From Spirochaetales bacterium (GTDB taxonomy: Bacteria; Spirochaetota; Spirochaetia; Treponematales; UBA12059): DNA of 64,000 nt. Made by a program: the position numbers and the translations under genes. Below, piece after piece: positions 18,005 through 27,891 of this stretch (positions within the stretch are counted from its first letter, which is position 1; each line of letters opens with the position of its first letter). The stretch lies in NCBI GenBank assembly GCA_016928955.1, contig JAFGJV010000049.1, positions 3,624-67,623 on the forward strand, written 5' to 3'. Under the pieces are notes generated by a model that made no database searches, was not told the origin of the DNA, and worked only from the letters and a program-made list of their open reading frames with translations.

Positions 18005-20077
18005 CTACCCGATCTTGAAGCGGCCCACCTCTGCCCTGAGCGCCTCTATGGCCTCGCGGTTGCCCCGGCCAAGATCGCTCACGCCCGTCATGGCCGTGTT
18101 GATCTCCGCCACGCCGGCCGCCATCTCCGTCATGCCGGCGGACAGCTCGGCGCTCAGGCGCTCAAGGGCGGCCGTCTCATCGCGGACCGTGTCCGCGTCG
18201 TCGCGCATGGCGCCGGAACCGGTCTTGACGCGGTTGCTCAGCTCCTGGAGCCTGGCCATGGCGTCCAGAATCTCGCGGCTACCATGGCCCTGTTCGTCCA
18301 TGGCATTCCGGACGCCGCGCTCGCGGTCGCCCATGGCCACTATCTTTACGTTCATGTCCTCGAACTGGCCCACCACGTGCTCGGCGTCAACCGTCATGTC
18401 CTCCATGGCCTTGCGAACCTTCATGAGCACGGCGCTGATGGTCTTGGCCTGCTCGCCGGACGACTCGGCCAGCTTGCGAATCTCGTCGGCCACCACGCCA
18501 AAACCCCTGCCCGCGTCGCCGGCGTGGGCGGCCTCTATGGCCGCGTTCATGGACAGAAGATTGGTCTGGCTGGCTATCTGCTGGATCACCTGGGAAATTT
18601 CCAGGAGGCTGTCAGATTCCTTGGACACGTCCCTAATGCTGGCGGACACGTTGGACAGGTCCGAGCGACCGCTGTCCGAAGCGGCCGCCAGTTCCTGCAT
18701 GCTTTCCGCGTTGTGGGACAGGGTCTGGCTCACGGACGCTATGTTGGCCAGCATTTGCTCCACGGCCGCCGACGACTGGGAAACGGCCGCGGCCTGTTCC
18801 TCCACGTGCTTGTCCAGCTCACGTATGCTCCCGGCTATGCGTTCCATGGCCGCAATGGCCCTGCGCACGCTGTCGGCCTGCGCGCCGGTCTGTCCGCGCA
18901 GGCTCTGTATGTTCGAGTTGATCTGGTTCACCGACGCCGCGCTCTCGGTCATGGCCGCCGACAGCTCCTCGCCTATGGACGACAGGGCGTCTGCCTGGTC
19001 GTGGATGGCGCCCACCAGGGAGCGTATCCTGCCCATGGTCAGGTTGAACGAGTCGGCCATGTCGCGGATTTCGTCCGAGCCGCGGGCGTCTAGGGTGCGT
19101 GTCAGGTCGCCCTCTCCCTCGGCTATGTCCCTGAGCATGGCCGCTGTCTTGCGTACCGGCACGCTGATGGCGCGGGACAGCACGCCGGCCATGCCCAGGC
19201 CAAGCACCAGGAATATGCCGGATATGATCAGTATGGACACGCGCATGCCGCCCACGTGGCCAAAGACATCTTCCTGGTAGGCTCCCACGGCTATGGACCA
19301 CGCCGAGCCCGGCACTGGCGCAAAGCCGAAAATCCGCTCGCGCCCCTCGAACACGTAACTGTCGTAGGCGCTCTCTCCCGTGGTCATGCGCGTCAGCATG
19401 GCCGCCAGGCGGGCGTAGTCGGGATTCTCCTCGGCTTCCTTGATGAAGTTGCGCTGGTCAAGCACGTACTGGCGGTTATCGTGGGCAATCAGGGTGCCAG
19501 AACCGTCTACCACGTACGAGTAGCCCGTGTCGCCGTAGCCTATGGTGTCGGTCACCTCGCTCAGCCACACGGCGTCGTTGCGGGCTATGAGCACTGCAGC
19601 GGGCGCGCCGTCCGGACCGGGGATGGGCGCGGCTATCATCATGACCGGCGAATTGGTCACGCGCGATATGATCACGTTGGATACCGCCGGGGACCCGGCC
19701 ATGGCTGCCTTGACATAGTCGCGGTCGCCAAGCTGGGCCGTGGTGCCGTCCGGGTAGTAGGCGGTGCCGTCCGGCATGACCACGCCCATACCCATGAAGC
19801 CCAGGCGGACCGTTTCCTCTTCCATGATTGTTTTCTGGACGTCCCAGTCCATAGAGCGCATGTCGGGGCGGAGCGCCGTGGCCTGTACCAGAGCCAGCTG
19901 CCTGTCCAGTACCGCCCGGATGATCATGCCACCGTACGCTGCCATCTGCGGCGCCGCGTCTGCCAGCTGTTGTTCCACGGCCCGGTACGCGGCCGCGTAG
20001 GACAACAGCCCCACGCCCAGAGCCACCACCGCCAGCAGGATAATGACGCTCCCGGCCAAGCGTTTCCCTATGGTCAT
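18005..20077 (-). CDS. Methyl-accepting chemotaxis protein (dCache-type periplasmic sensor, HAMP, MCP signalling domain)
   Basis: N-terminal TM, a large periplasmic domain, a second TM, then HAMP. Highly conserved MCP core ([32 protein letters not shown]). GGGAGG RBS at the internal ATG (MTIGKRL). Confidence 0.9.
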   Translation of the reverse strand: MTIGKRLAGSVIILLAVVALGVGLLSYAAAYRAVEQQLADAAPQMAAYGGMIIRAVLDRQLALVQATALRPDMRSMDWDVQKTIMEEETVRLGFMGMGVVMPDGTAYYPDGTTAQLGDRDYVKAAMAGSPAVSNVIISRVTNSPVMMIAAPIPGPDGAPAAVLIARNDAVWLSEVTDTIGYGDTGYSYVVDGSGTLIAHDNRQYVLDQRNFIKEAEENPDYARLAAMLTRMTTGESAYDSYVFEGRERIFGFAPVPGSAWSIAVGAYQEDVFGHVGGMRVSILIISGIFLVLGLGMAGVLSRAISVPVRKTAAMLRDIAEGEGDLTRTLDARGSDEIRDMADSFNLTMGRIRSLVGAIHDQADALSSIGEELSAAMTESAASVNQINSNIQSLRGQTGAQADSVRRAIAAMERIAGSIRELDKHVEEQAAAVSQSSAAVEQMLANIASVSQTLSHNAESMQELAAASDSGRSDLSNVSASIRDVSKESDSLLEISQVIQQIASQTNLLSMNAAIEAAHAGDAGRGFGVVADEIRKLAESSGEQAKTISAVLMKVRKAMEDMTVDAEHVVGQFEDMNVKIVAMGDRERGVRNAMDEQGHGSREILDAMARLQELSNRVKTGSGAMRDDADTVRDETAALERLSAELSAGMTEMAAGVAEINTAMTGVSDLGRGNREAIEALRAEVGRFKIG

Positions 20078-20104
20078 ATCTGCCTCCCGTATAGATGCGC
20101 ATCG

Positions 20105-20124
20105 TTTTTGCAATGGAGGCGCCC
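20105..20124 (-). promoter_or_regulatory. Possible sigma54 (-24/-12) element GGGCGC-N5-TTGCA upstream of the MCP gene
   Basis: GG-N10-GC spacing with TTGCA at -12, read on the minus strand. The match is weak. Confidence 0.25.
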
Positions 20125-20359
20125 CGTAGGCGGGTACCGTTGTGTTGAGTAGTTTATAACGGCGTTAAGAAAAGGCAAGGAAAAAGAGGGGCGCAAGCGC
20201 TTGCGTAACAGGCGAATGTCTAGGGGCGGATGCGCAAATGGTGTTAGTAAAAATTTCACAGCCCGTGGAGTCCACCTGGCTGTGGATTTCCAGCGTGTCG
20301 TCGCGATAGGGAAAAGCTCGGCGCATCAAAGCTTCGACACACGGAGCACGGAAGGGCGT

Positions 20360-22639
20360 CTAGTCGCGCACCACCATAAGGGTGTACGGACGCCAGCCGT
20401 CCGACCCGGGCTCGCCTCGTTCAACGCCGTGAATATCGCCTCCGTAACCGGGGAAGCTGCGCTCAAAGTCCTCCCGCGCGCGCAGGTAGTCCACAATGGG
20501 CGCTGACGATGCGTCCAGGATTTCGCCCCCCATAAGCAGGGGTATGCCGGGAGGGTAGGGCGCCACCATGACGGCGGCCGTTCGCGGGCTGGCCGTGGGG
20601 TCCAGGCTGTCCAGCCGCACGGTTTCCACCCGGCCTTGCACAATGGCCCTGTACGCGTCGGACGGGCAGAGGGCCTGGACGGGCAAGACCTTGGACGCGG
20701 CCACCATGCGCGGCAGAAGCTCCAACTGGCGTATGGCCTGATGCATGGCCTGGCAGTGGTCGGCCAGGCCCACGCCCTGGTAGCTGACCGGGTGCGCGCC
20801 CGCCAGGTCGGGAAAGACCTCGTCCAGGGGAGCGTTACGGGCGTAGAGCTCGCGGAAGCGGAACAGGGCGGCCACCAGGGTGCCCTGCTTGCCCTTGGTC
20901 GTGCCCAGGGAATTGAGAAGGAGCCAGGAGTAGTAGTCGGTTTTCTCGCACACCACTCCGTGGTCGCCCAGGAAGCGCGTCACGATGGCCGCCGGTACGC
21001 CGCGCTCTGCCCAGCGGCCGCTCGAGTCCACGCCGGGGCAGAGGAAGGTCAGCTTGATGGGGTCCAGCATGCAGAAAGGATCCGGTAGGCCGCAGGCGGG
21101 GAAGCCGTGCCACGCGGCGCCAGGTTCCAGGATCCAAGCGCCAGGGTTTTCAATCAGGTCACGGGTGGACGCGCGCGACACGCCCTCGGGCTGCCATACG
21201 CGGAAGAACCAGTCGCCCTGGGCCTCTTCCTCCGCGGCTATGCCGGCTATCTTGCGCCTGAGTTCTATGGCCTCTTCCATGATATCGCCCAGGGCCGTAG
21301 CGCCGTTGTCGGCCATCATCTTGCTGGCCACTTCCAGGGAAGCGACCATGGCGTACTGCGGCGACGTGGAACCGTGCATCATGTACGTCTCGTTGAAGCG
21401 GCGGTGGAAGTCCTCGGCCCGAGCGGGGCTGGCGGCCAGGTCCGCGGGGAATTTGACGTGGATCATGGACGCCTGCGACAGGGCCGTAAGGAGCTTGTGG
21501 GTGGACTGGGTGCTGAACACCAGGCGCCGCCGGTCGGAGAGGGACATGGCGTAACGGCCCGAGTATATGGGATGGAAGCGGGCGTAGGCGAACCATGCCT
21601 CGTCAAAGTGGAGCGCGCTTGCGCCGCCCAGCTTGGCCGCGGCGTAGGCGGCGTCGTAGCAAATGCCGTCGTAGGTGGAATTGGTCAGCGCGGCCATGGC
21701 GTAGGACGCGCCGGCGGGTACGGAGCGGAAATCCACCGGCCCTATCATGCCCAGGGCGTTGCGCACGGGCTGGAGGTAGGTTGGCTGCGCGCCGGTGGCT
21801 ATCATGGCGTGGTGCATGGACTTGTGGCAGTTGCGGTCCAGGATGCAGGCTTCCCCGGGCGCCACCTGGCTGCGCCAGACTATCTGGTTGCCGGTGGACG
21901 TGCCGTTGAGCACGTAGTAGCATCTGTCCGCGCCAAAGGCAGCCGCCGAGAAACGTTCGGCCTTTCCCGTCACGCCCGAGTGGTCCAAGAGGGATCCGAG
22001 CTCGGGCACCGATATGGACAGGTCGGCGCGGAGCATGTTCTCCCCGAAGAATTTATGGAAGGCCGTGCCTGACGGGCTCTGCAGGAAGCCCTGGCCGCCC
22101 ATGTGGCCGGGCGTGTGCCAGGCGGCGTTGTACTCGTCGGCGTACGACACCAAAGCCTGGAAGAAGGCCGGGAGCACGGAGCCGGCATACTCGGCCACCG
22201 AGCGCTCGATGCGGCCGGCGTTGAAGCGCGGCGTGTCGGTCAGCTTCCAGATCACGCCGTTGACCCGTTCGAGGGCGCGGTTGGGCAGGCTCTCCACGGA
22301 CGAGCGGTCGGACAGGATCAGTATGGGCACGCGCGCGTTGCGTGACCGGACATAGCGCACAAAGCGCTCGCCCGAGTTGCCCGTGGCTATGGCGTCGTTC
22401 TTGCGGTGCACGCGGCCAAGCTCGGCGCTCTCCCAGTCCACGATCACCGTGCCAAGGTCCTCCCGGGCGTACACCAGGTCGTGCGCGTCGCCATACCCCG
22501 AGCAGAACAGCACCGAGCAGCCAAAGTCGTCGGTCAGCACGCCCACCAGTTCCCTGAGCCAGGCGCCTTCGTCGCTCTGCTTCTGTATCTGGTCCGACAC
22601 GATGAGCACGGGCCAGGCTTTGGTTCCCAGGGTTTGCAT
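20360..22639 (-). CDS. PLP-dependent Orn/Lys/Arg decarboxylase (fold-I, wing domain); motifs closest to ornithine decarboxylase SpeC/SpeF
   Basis: WHTPGH, ISVPELGSLLDHSG, NGTSTGNQIVW, DRNCHKS, NSTYDGICYD, LHFDEAWFAYARF and STHKLL (PLP lysine) are all present. GGAGG RBS at the internal ATG (MQTLGTK). Confidence 0.85.
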   Translation of the reverse strand: MQTLGTKAWPVLIVSDQIQKQSDEGAWLRELVGVLTDDFGCSVLFCSGYGDAHDLVYAREDLGTVIVDWESAELGRVHRKNDAIATGNSGERFVRYVRSRNARVPILILSDRSSVESLPNRALERVNGVIWKLTDTPRFNAGRIERSVAEYAGSVLPAFFQALVSYADEYNAAWHTPGHMGGQGFLQSPSGTAFHKFFGENMLRADLSISVPELGSLLDHSGVTGKAERFSAAAFGADRCYYVLNGTSTGNQIVWRSQVAPGEACILDRNCHKSMHHAMIATGAQPTYLQPVRNALGMIGPVDFRSVPAGASYAMAALTNSTYDGICYDAAYAAAKLGGASALHFDEAWFAYARFHPIYSGRYAMSLSDRRRLVFSTQSTHKLLTALSQASMIHVKFPADLAASPARAEDFHRRFNETYMMHGSTSPQYAMVASLEVASKMMADNGATALGDIMEEAIELRRKIAGIAAEEEAQGDWFFRVWQPEGVSRASTRDLIENPGAWILEPGAAWHGFPACGLPDPFCMLDPIKLTFLCPGVDSSGRWAERGVPAAIVTRFLGDHGVVCEKTDYYSWLLLNSLGTTKGKQGTLVAALFRFRELYARNAPLDEVFPDLAGAHPVSYQGVGLADHCQAMHQAIRQLELLPRMVAASKVLPVQALCPSDAYRAIVQGRVETVRLDSLDPTASPRTAAVMVAPYPPGIPLLMGGEILDASSAPIVDYLRAREDFERSFPGYGGDIHGVERGEPGSDGWRPYTLMVVRD

Positions 22640-22793
22640 GGTTGCCTCCGACGAACAGGCTGCTGGCGCAGGCGTTTGCTGTGCCGGCAACCCGTCAACG
22701 CCCAGCCTAGGTTCGCGGGCGCTCGCCGTCAATACCCGGCGCGGGCTTGACGGCTGGCACGGGAGGGGCTACCCTTGGCTGTCGAGGTGTCCC

Positions 22794-23561
22794 ATGTTTA
22801 CCCGCGCCATCGTCCGCCGTCCCGCCCGGTCCCTGCAGTCAGCCCTCAGCGCCCATCCCGAGCTTGGCCCGCCCGATCTTGACCGCGCCTTCCGCCAGCA
22901 CGACGTGTACATCAAGGCCCTGGAATCCGCGGGGCTCGTCGTGGAGGTCCTGCCGGCCATGGATGACTTCCCTGACTCGTGTTTTGTGGAGGACGTGGCC
23001 GTGTGCGCCAGGAGCTTCGCGCTGATAGCGCGGCCCGGGGCGCCCAGCCGCCAGGGAGAGGAGTCGGCCATCCGAGAGGCCCTGTCCCGCCACTTCCGCA
23101 TCATAGAGGGTCTGTCGGAGCCCGGCACCCTGGAGGGCGGGGACGTGATGGCCGTGGGCAACGCCTTCCATATCGGCCTGTCGGCCAGGACCAACGCCGA
23201 GGGAGCCCGACAGCTGTTGGCGGCCTTGGAGCGCCACGGTCAGGGCGGCGTGATAGAGCCGGTGCCCAAGGATATCCTGCACCTGAAAACCGGCATGAGC
23301 TATCTGGACGACGGCATCGTGGTGTGCCTGGACGCTTTCAAGGACAGGCCCAGCATGGCGGGTCTCCGCCGGGTGCCGGTGCCGCCGGACGAGGCCCGAG
23401 GGGCCAACTGCCTGCGCATCAACGACACGGTACTGGTGCCAAGCGGCTGCCCCAAGGTAGCGGCGGGCGTCAAAGCAGCCGGCCTCAAGGTCGTCGAGCT
23501 GGACATTGGCGAATTCCACAAGATAGACGGCGGCTTAAGCTGCCTGTCGCTCAGGTTCTGA
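22794..23561 (+). CDS. N(G),N(G)-dimethylarginine dimethylaminohydrolase (DDAH)-family amidinohydrolase
   Basis: Near-collinear with Pseudomonas DDAH: FPDSCFVEDVAV, ARTNAEGARQLL, HLKTGMSYL, and a C-terminal DGGLSCLSLRF (catalytic Cys). GAGGTG RBS. Confidence 0.8.
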   Translation: MFTRAIVRRPARSLQSALSAHPELGPPDLDRAFRQHDVYIKALESAGLVVEVLPAMDDFPDSCFVEDVAVCARSFALIARPGAPSRQGEESAIREALSRHFRIIEGLSEPGTLEGGDVMAVGNAFHIGLSARTNAEGARQLLAALERHGQGGVIEPVPKDILHLKTGMSYLDDGIVVCLDAFKDRPSMAGLRRVPVPPDEARGANCLRINDTVLVPSGCPKVAAGVKAAGLKVVELDIGEFHKIDGGLSCLSLRF

Positions 23562-23567
23562 GCCGCC

Positions 23568-24272
23568 GTGCGAGTCCTCTTCCTCAGGCACGCAGAGCGC
23601 GTGTACCCGTACAACCTGGAGGCTCCGCTGGCGGCCGATGGCCTGTGCGCCGATACCGTGGCGTTTCCGCTCGGCCAGCGGCCGGCGCAGCCCTCTGCCT
23701 ACGCGGCCGTGTTCGTGTTCGGAGGCTACCAGAGTGTCAACGACGGCGACCTTTCGTGGTTGCGCGACGAGCGGACCTATCTGGAAGCCGTGCTGAAAGC
23801 GCGCGTGCCTGTGCTCGGCTTGTGCCTGGGCGGCCAGCTCCTGGCCCAGGTTCTGGGCGCGAGCGTCCGGCGCGCGGACCCCGAGGAGTTCGGCTGGTGG
23901 GACATGGAGCTCACGCCCGCCGGCGCGGCGTCTCCGCTGTTCAGAGGCGTCGCTCCCTCGTTTCCGGCCTTCCTGTGGCACAACGAGTCCTTTGACCTGC
24001 CCGCCGGCGCCGAGCTGCTGGCCCGGGGAGCCCATTGGGGCAACCAGGCCTTTGCCTACGGCGGCCGTGCCTTCGGCGCCCAGTTTCATGTGGAATTTAC
24101 CCTTGAGCACGTGCGCGCCATGCTCAGGGACGACGCCGACCAGCTGCCGGCCAGGGGCCCCACCTGGCAGGACCCCGCCCTGGTGGCGGCCAACCAGCCG
24201 GCGGCTGATTCAGCGGCCGCCACCATGCTCGGCATGGCCAGGAACGTCATCAGGCTGGGCGGCGAGGACTGA
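23568..24272 (+). CDS. Class-I glutamine amidotransferase-like (peptidase C26 / PuuD-like) protein
   Basis: Nucleophile elbow LGLCLGGQLLA, with a His/Glu region FGAQFHVEF. GTG start 7 nt after the DDAH stop. Confidence 0.65.
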   Translation: MRVLFLRHAERVYPYNLEAPLAADGLCADTVAFPLGQRPAQPSAYAAVFVFGGYQSVNDGDLSWLRDERTYLEAVLKARVPVLGLCLGGQLLAQVLGASVRRADPEEFGWWDMELTPAGAASPLFRGVAPSFPAFLWHNESFDLPAGAELLARGAHWGNQAFAYGGRAFGAQFHVEFTLEHVRAMLRDDADQLPARGPTWQDPALVAANQPAADSAAATMLGMARNVIRLGGED

Positions 24273-24288
24273 ACGGCTGAGCGCCGGG

Positions 24289-25032
24289 TCAGGGCAGCTT
24301 GAGGGCGGCAATGGCGGCGTTCAGCCTGTCCACCAGGTCCGCGGGCACGCTTTTGGAGAACAAGAGATAGCGGTAGTCGCCGTCAGGCACGTCCGGATAT
24401 GCAAGCACCGCGATATCCGAGGCGGCTACGCCGGCCGTGGCCAGGAGGTACTCAAGCTCCTCGGGGTATATCATCATGAAGTCAAAGCGGCCAAGGGTGA
24501 GCATGAGCATCAGCTGCTCAGGCGAAACGGCCCAACGCCGGTCGCGCTTGCCCATCGTGGCCAGCAGGGGATCTATGGGATAGACGTTTCCCAGGACTCC
24601 GCCATAGGTGTAATTGGTAGAACTGACCATGTCTTCCATGCGCGCGTATGATGTGAAGCCGGATTTCCTGGACGCCCGGGCCAGAATGATCGGGCGGCTG
24701 TCCTTGTACAGGGGGAGGGAGAATACGGCATACGCCGTGCGTTCCTCGGTCAGGGACAGTCCGAGGGCGGCCACGCCCGGTTCCTCCACCTTGAGCCTCT
24801 GCAGTATCCGGTTGAAGGGCACGGGCTCAAAGCGTATGGCCACGCCGGACCTGTCGGCCACTTTCAGCATGATGTCCACCAGGATACCCGCGGGCATGCC
24901 GTCCTTGGTGTAGAAAAACGGAGGCTTTTCATTGTACATGACGGTCAGCCCGTCCTGGGCAGCGACCGGCCAAACTGAGGCCGCCAGCATGAGGGCGGCC
25001 ACCACGCTCCAGCGCGTTCTCTGCGGCATCAT
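24289..25032 (-). CDS. Periplasmic solute-binding protein, family 3 (polar amino acid type), orphan
   Basis: Signal peptide. The SBP_bac_3-like N-terminus LTVMYNEKPPFFYTKDGMPAGILVDIM. Confidence 0.7.
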   Translation of the reverse strand: MMPQRTRWSVVAALMLAASVWPVAAQDGLTVMYNEKPPFFYTKDGMPAGILVDIMLKVADRSGVAIRFEPVPFNRILQRLKVEEPGVAALGLSLTEERTAYAVFSLPLYKDSRPIILARASRKSGFTSYARMEDMVSSTNYTYGGVLGNVYPIDPLLATMGKRDRRWAVSPEQLMLMLTLGRFDFMMIYPEELEYLLATAGVAASDIAVLAYPDVPDGDYRYLLFSKSVPADLVDRLNAAIAALKLP

Positions 25033-25123
25033 GGCACTCCCCAGCTTGCGGACGCCGCGCCTTGGGCGCCGCAACCTTCAGATTAAGTGTCGCGCATGAG
25101 GGAAGCTCGGTCAAAAGCCGGCG

Positions 25124-25471
25124 TTACGAGCGCACGAAATGCGGCAGGTCCGGAGGCAGCACCAGGGACAGCTCCACAAGGCCGGCCACCTGGCCGCTCT
25201 CGTCCCGCCACGCGCTCTGGTAGATCAGCTTTTTCTGGCCTTTCTTCTCGATGGTGTACACGTTGGTCCCGCCCTCGGCCAGGAGGCGGTCTATGATGGC
25301 CTTTGAGTGTTCGTTGTGGCAGGCCTTGAGGTCCGAGCCGATCAGGGCCCGGCCACCGTCGGCGGCAAAGGTTGCGGCCGACTTGTCGTTCATGTACACG
25401 ATACGGTGGCGCGCGTCGGACACGGTTACGGCGCCGGGGAATCCCGTCACCCAATCCGGCATGGTGCTCAT
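25124..25471 (-). CDS. Stand-alone PAS-domain protein
   Basis: 115 aa. PAS-like core (VTVSDARHRIVYMNDKSAATF...). Confidence 0.55.
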   Translation of the reverse strand: MSTMPDWVTGFPGAVTVSDARHRIVYMNDKSAATFAADGGRALIGSDLKACHNEHSKAIIDRLLAEGGTNVYTIEKKGQKKLIYQSAWRDESGQVAGLVELSLVLPPDLPHFVRS

Positions 25472-25595
25472 AGCTGACTCCTTGACGGCGGCTCTGATTC
25501 CGCCGGACTCACTTTACCAGCGGCGCGTACCCGACTACAATGGGCGGACCCGCGCGGCGCGGGACCATCATGAGATCAAGGGGGACCAGGGCAGA

Positions 25596-26402
25596 TTGAT
25601 CAAGCGCGTCAAAGGACAAACCATCAAGCTGGACGGCTTCAACAACCTTACCAAGTCGTTGAGCTTCAACATCTACGACATGTGCTACGCCCGTTCGCGG
25701 GAGTCGCAGATTGAGTACCTAGAGTATGTCGACGAGGAGTACAACTCATCGCGACTGGAGTCCATAACGGAGGAAGTGACGCGCATCATCCGCGCCCACC
25801 TTGTCCACGTGTCCACCCAGGACTACGACCCCCGGGGTGCCAGCGTGGTCGCCCTGATCAACGAGGAGCGCGACGAGCCGGCGGCCCTTTCCGTAGCCGC
25901 GCCCGCCGTGGTTGGCCACCTGGACAAGAGCCACATAGCCATCCACACCTACCCGGAGTACCAAAAGGAGTCCGGCCTGGCCACCTTCCGCGTGGACGTG
26001 GACATCAGCACCTGTGGCATGATCAGCCCGCTCAAGGCCCTGCATTACCTGCTTGAGAGCTTTGACTCAGACGTGGTCATCATTGACTACCGCGTGCGCG
26101 GCTTCACGCGGGACCAGCGCGGCCGCAAGCTGTTCATAGACCACGACATAGGCTCCATCCAGGATTTCATATCCGACGACTTCCTGGAGGGCTACACGGC
26201 CTACGACGTGAACATAGTGGCCGACAACAATTTCCACACCAAGATGCGCAAGAAGGACATCGTGCTGAAGGACTACCTGTTCGGCGACGAGACGACCAGC
26301 CTGGGCGTCAACGAGCGTAAGCGCATACGCAAGGCGCTGGACGCCGAGATCCAGGAGCTGTTCGAGTGCAAGAACCTGGGCGGCAGGGCCAGCCTGATAT
26401 GA
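25596..26402 (+). CDS. speD: S-adenosylmethionine decarboxylase proenzyme (class 1B, E. coli SpeD type)
   Basis: KLDGFNNLTKSLSFNIYDMCYA, HLDKSHIAIHTYPE, VSTCGMISPLKAL, IDYRVRGFTRD and IDHDIGSIQDF closely track E. coli SpeD. No in-frame ATG or GTG is present, so a TTG at 25596 is proposed and the start is uncertain. Confidence 0.75.
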   Translation: MIKRVKGQTIKLDGFNNLTKSLSFNIYDMCYARSRESQIEYLEYVDEEYNSSRLESITEEVTRIIRAHLVHVSTQDYDPRGASVVALINEERDEPAALSVAAPAVVGHLDKSHIAIHTYPEYQKESGLATFRVDVDISTCGMISPLKALHYLLESFDSDVVIIDYRVRGFTRDQRGRKLFIDHDIGSIQDFISDDFLEGYTAYDVNIVADNNFHTKMRKKDIVLKDYLFGDETTSLGVNERKRIRKALDAEIQELFECKNLGGRASLI

Positions 26403-27328
26403 GCGGACGCACGGTCACCGAGTATCTCAACCCGGGGCAGGGCATGTTCTACCGCGCGGGAGACACGCTGGCAAGCGCCCGCACCGAGTACCAGGACGCC
26501 GAGCTGGTGGACACCAGCGCCTTTGGCCGCGTGCTTCTCCTGGACGGCGTTACCCAGGTGGCCGAGCGCTGGGAGTACCGATACCACGAGCCCCTGGTCC
26601 ACCTGGCCATGCTCGCCCATCCCGAGCCCAGGCGCGTGCTGGTCATAGGCGGCGGCGACGGGGGCGTGCTACGCGAGGTGCTCAGGCACCGGGCCGTGGA
26701 GCGCGTGGATTTTGCCGAGCTTGACCCCGCGGTGGTGTCCTTCTCCAGGGAGCACCTTGCCTGCGTACACGCGGGGGCTTTTGACGACGGCCGCGTGGCC
26801 TTCCATTACGGCGACGGACGGGCCTTTGTCGAAAATTCGAGCAGGACCTACGACGTGGTCGTCATGGACATGACCGATCCCCTGGGCCCGTCCAGATTCC
26901 TGTATACGCGTGAGTTTTTCAGCGAGGTCAGGGCCCGCCTGTCGGGACCCCAGGCGGTATTCGCCATGCACGGCGAATCGCCCGCGGCCCGGCCGGCTGC
27001 ATTTGCCTGCATAGGAGCTACCCTGCGCGCGGTGTTTGCCCGCGTGGACACGGCACTTTCCTTTGTGCCCATGTACGGCACGCTCTGGGGCTTCAGGTAC
27101 GCGAGCGACGCTGGCGGCCCGGCGGCCATGGATCCCGCCCGCGTTGACGCTATGGTCAATGCGCGGCTGGCATCGAGGCCGGCCCTGATATCCGGCGCAC
27201 TGTGGCCGGCCCTTTTTGCGCCCGATCCCCTGATCGCGGAGGCCCAAGCGCATCCGGATGGCCGGGTGATCACGGACGCTGAGCCGGACTTTCCGGATGT
27301 CTTTGACCCAAAGGAGGGCCGGTCATGA
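26399..27328 (+). CDS. speE: Spermidine synthase (aminopropyltransferase)
   Basis: LLLDGVTQ, VLVIGGGDGGVLREV, FHYGDGRAF and VVVMDMTDPLGP motifs. ATGA overlap with the speD stop. Confidence 0.85.
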   Translation: MSGRTVTEYLNPGQGMFYRAGDTLASARTEYQDAELVDTSAFGRVLLLDGVTQVAERWEYRYHEPLVHLAMLAHPEPRRVLVIGGGDGGVLREVLRHRAVERVDFAELDPAVVSFSREHLACVHAGAFDDGRVAFHYGDGRAFVENSSRTYDVVVMDMTDPLGPSRFLYTREFFSEVRARLSGPQAVFAMHGESPAARPAAFACIGATLRAVFARVDTALSFVPMYGTLWGFRYASDAGGPAAMDPARVDAMVNARLASRPALISGALWPALFAPDPLIAEAQAHPDGRVITDAEPDFPDVFDPKEGRS

Positions 27329-27891
27329 GCGGCCATATAGCCTGGAAAGACGTGTCAGCAAAAACGGTGGCCGATTACGGCATCTTTTCCGTGACGGAGC
27401 GGCTGAGCATAGGACCCCACGGCCGGGAAGGCCGCTTTGTGGTCCTGGACGCGCCGGAGTGGGCCGTGGTGGTGCCCGTGCTGGAGCGAGGAGGCGGCCG
27501 CGCCCTGGTGACCGTGCGGCAGTACCGGCATGGCCTGGGCAGGGCGTGCGTGGAGTTCCCCGGGGGCGTGGTTGAACGCGGGGAGGATCCGGCCACGGCC
27601 GCCGCCCGGGAGCTGCTTGAGGAAACGGGCTACCGCGCCGGCCGCCTTGTGGCGCTCGGGTCGCCGTCTCCCAACCCGGCCTTTATGGCCAATCGCCTGC
27701 ATGTGTTCGTCGCGCTGGACCTGGAAAGCGCCGGCCAGCAGAGCCTGGACGAGCATGAATTCGTGGACGTTGACGTCCAGCCCGAGGACCGTGTCCTGGC
27801 GGCCGTGGGAGACCCGCCCTGGGATCACGCCCTGATGACTGCCGCCGCCTGGTACTACCGCCGCTGGCTGGAAAAGGGCAGGCCCGCGTAG
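27325..27891 (+). CDS. NUDIX hydrolase (ADP-ribose pyrophosphatase-like)
   Basis: Nudix box GGVVERGEDPATAAARELLEETG. AAGGAGGG RBS. ATGA overlap with the speE stop. Confidence 0.8.
   Translation: MSGHIAWKDVSAKTVADYGIFSVTERLSIGPHGREGRFVVLDAPEWAVVVPVLERGGGRALVTVRQYRHGLGRACVEFPGGVVERGEDPATAAARELLEETGYRAGRLVALGSPSPNPAFMANRLHVFVALDLESAGQQSLDEHEFVDVDVQPEDRVLAAVGDPPWDHALMTAAAWYYRRWLEKGRPA

Noticed and set aside
18819-20152. ORFs antisense to or overlapping the MCP gene (17744-19093, 17904-19280, 19256-20152, 19476-20102)
   Set aside because: The MCP signalling-domain motifs unambiguously define the minus-strand frame. The others are GC-frame artefacts.
22377-22793. N-terminal extension of the DDAH ORF overlapping the decarboxylase gene on the opposite strand
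   Set aside because: A GAGGTG RBS and an ATG at 22794 give an N-terminus collinear with characterised DDAH. The extension is Ser/Pro-rich noise.
25251-25595. 5' extension of speD to the ORF start at 25251
   Set aside because: The region overlaps the PAS gene on the opposite strand and encodes low-complexity sequence. Homology to SpeD starts at about codon 118 of the ORF.
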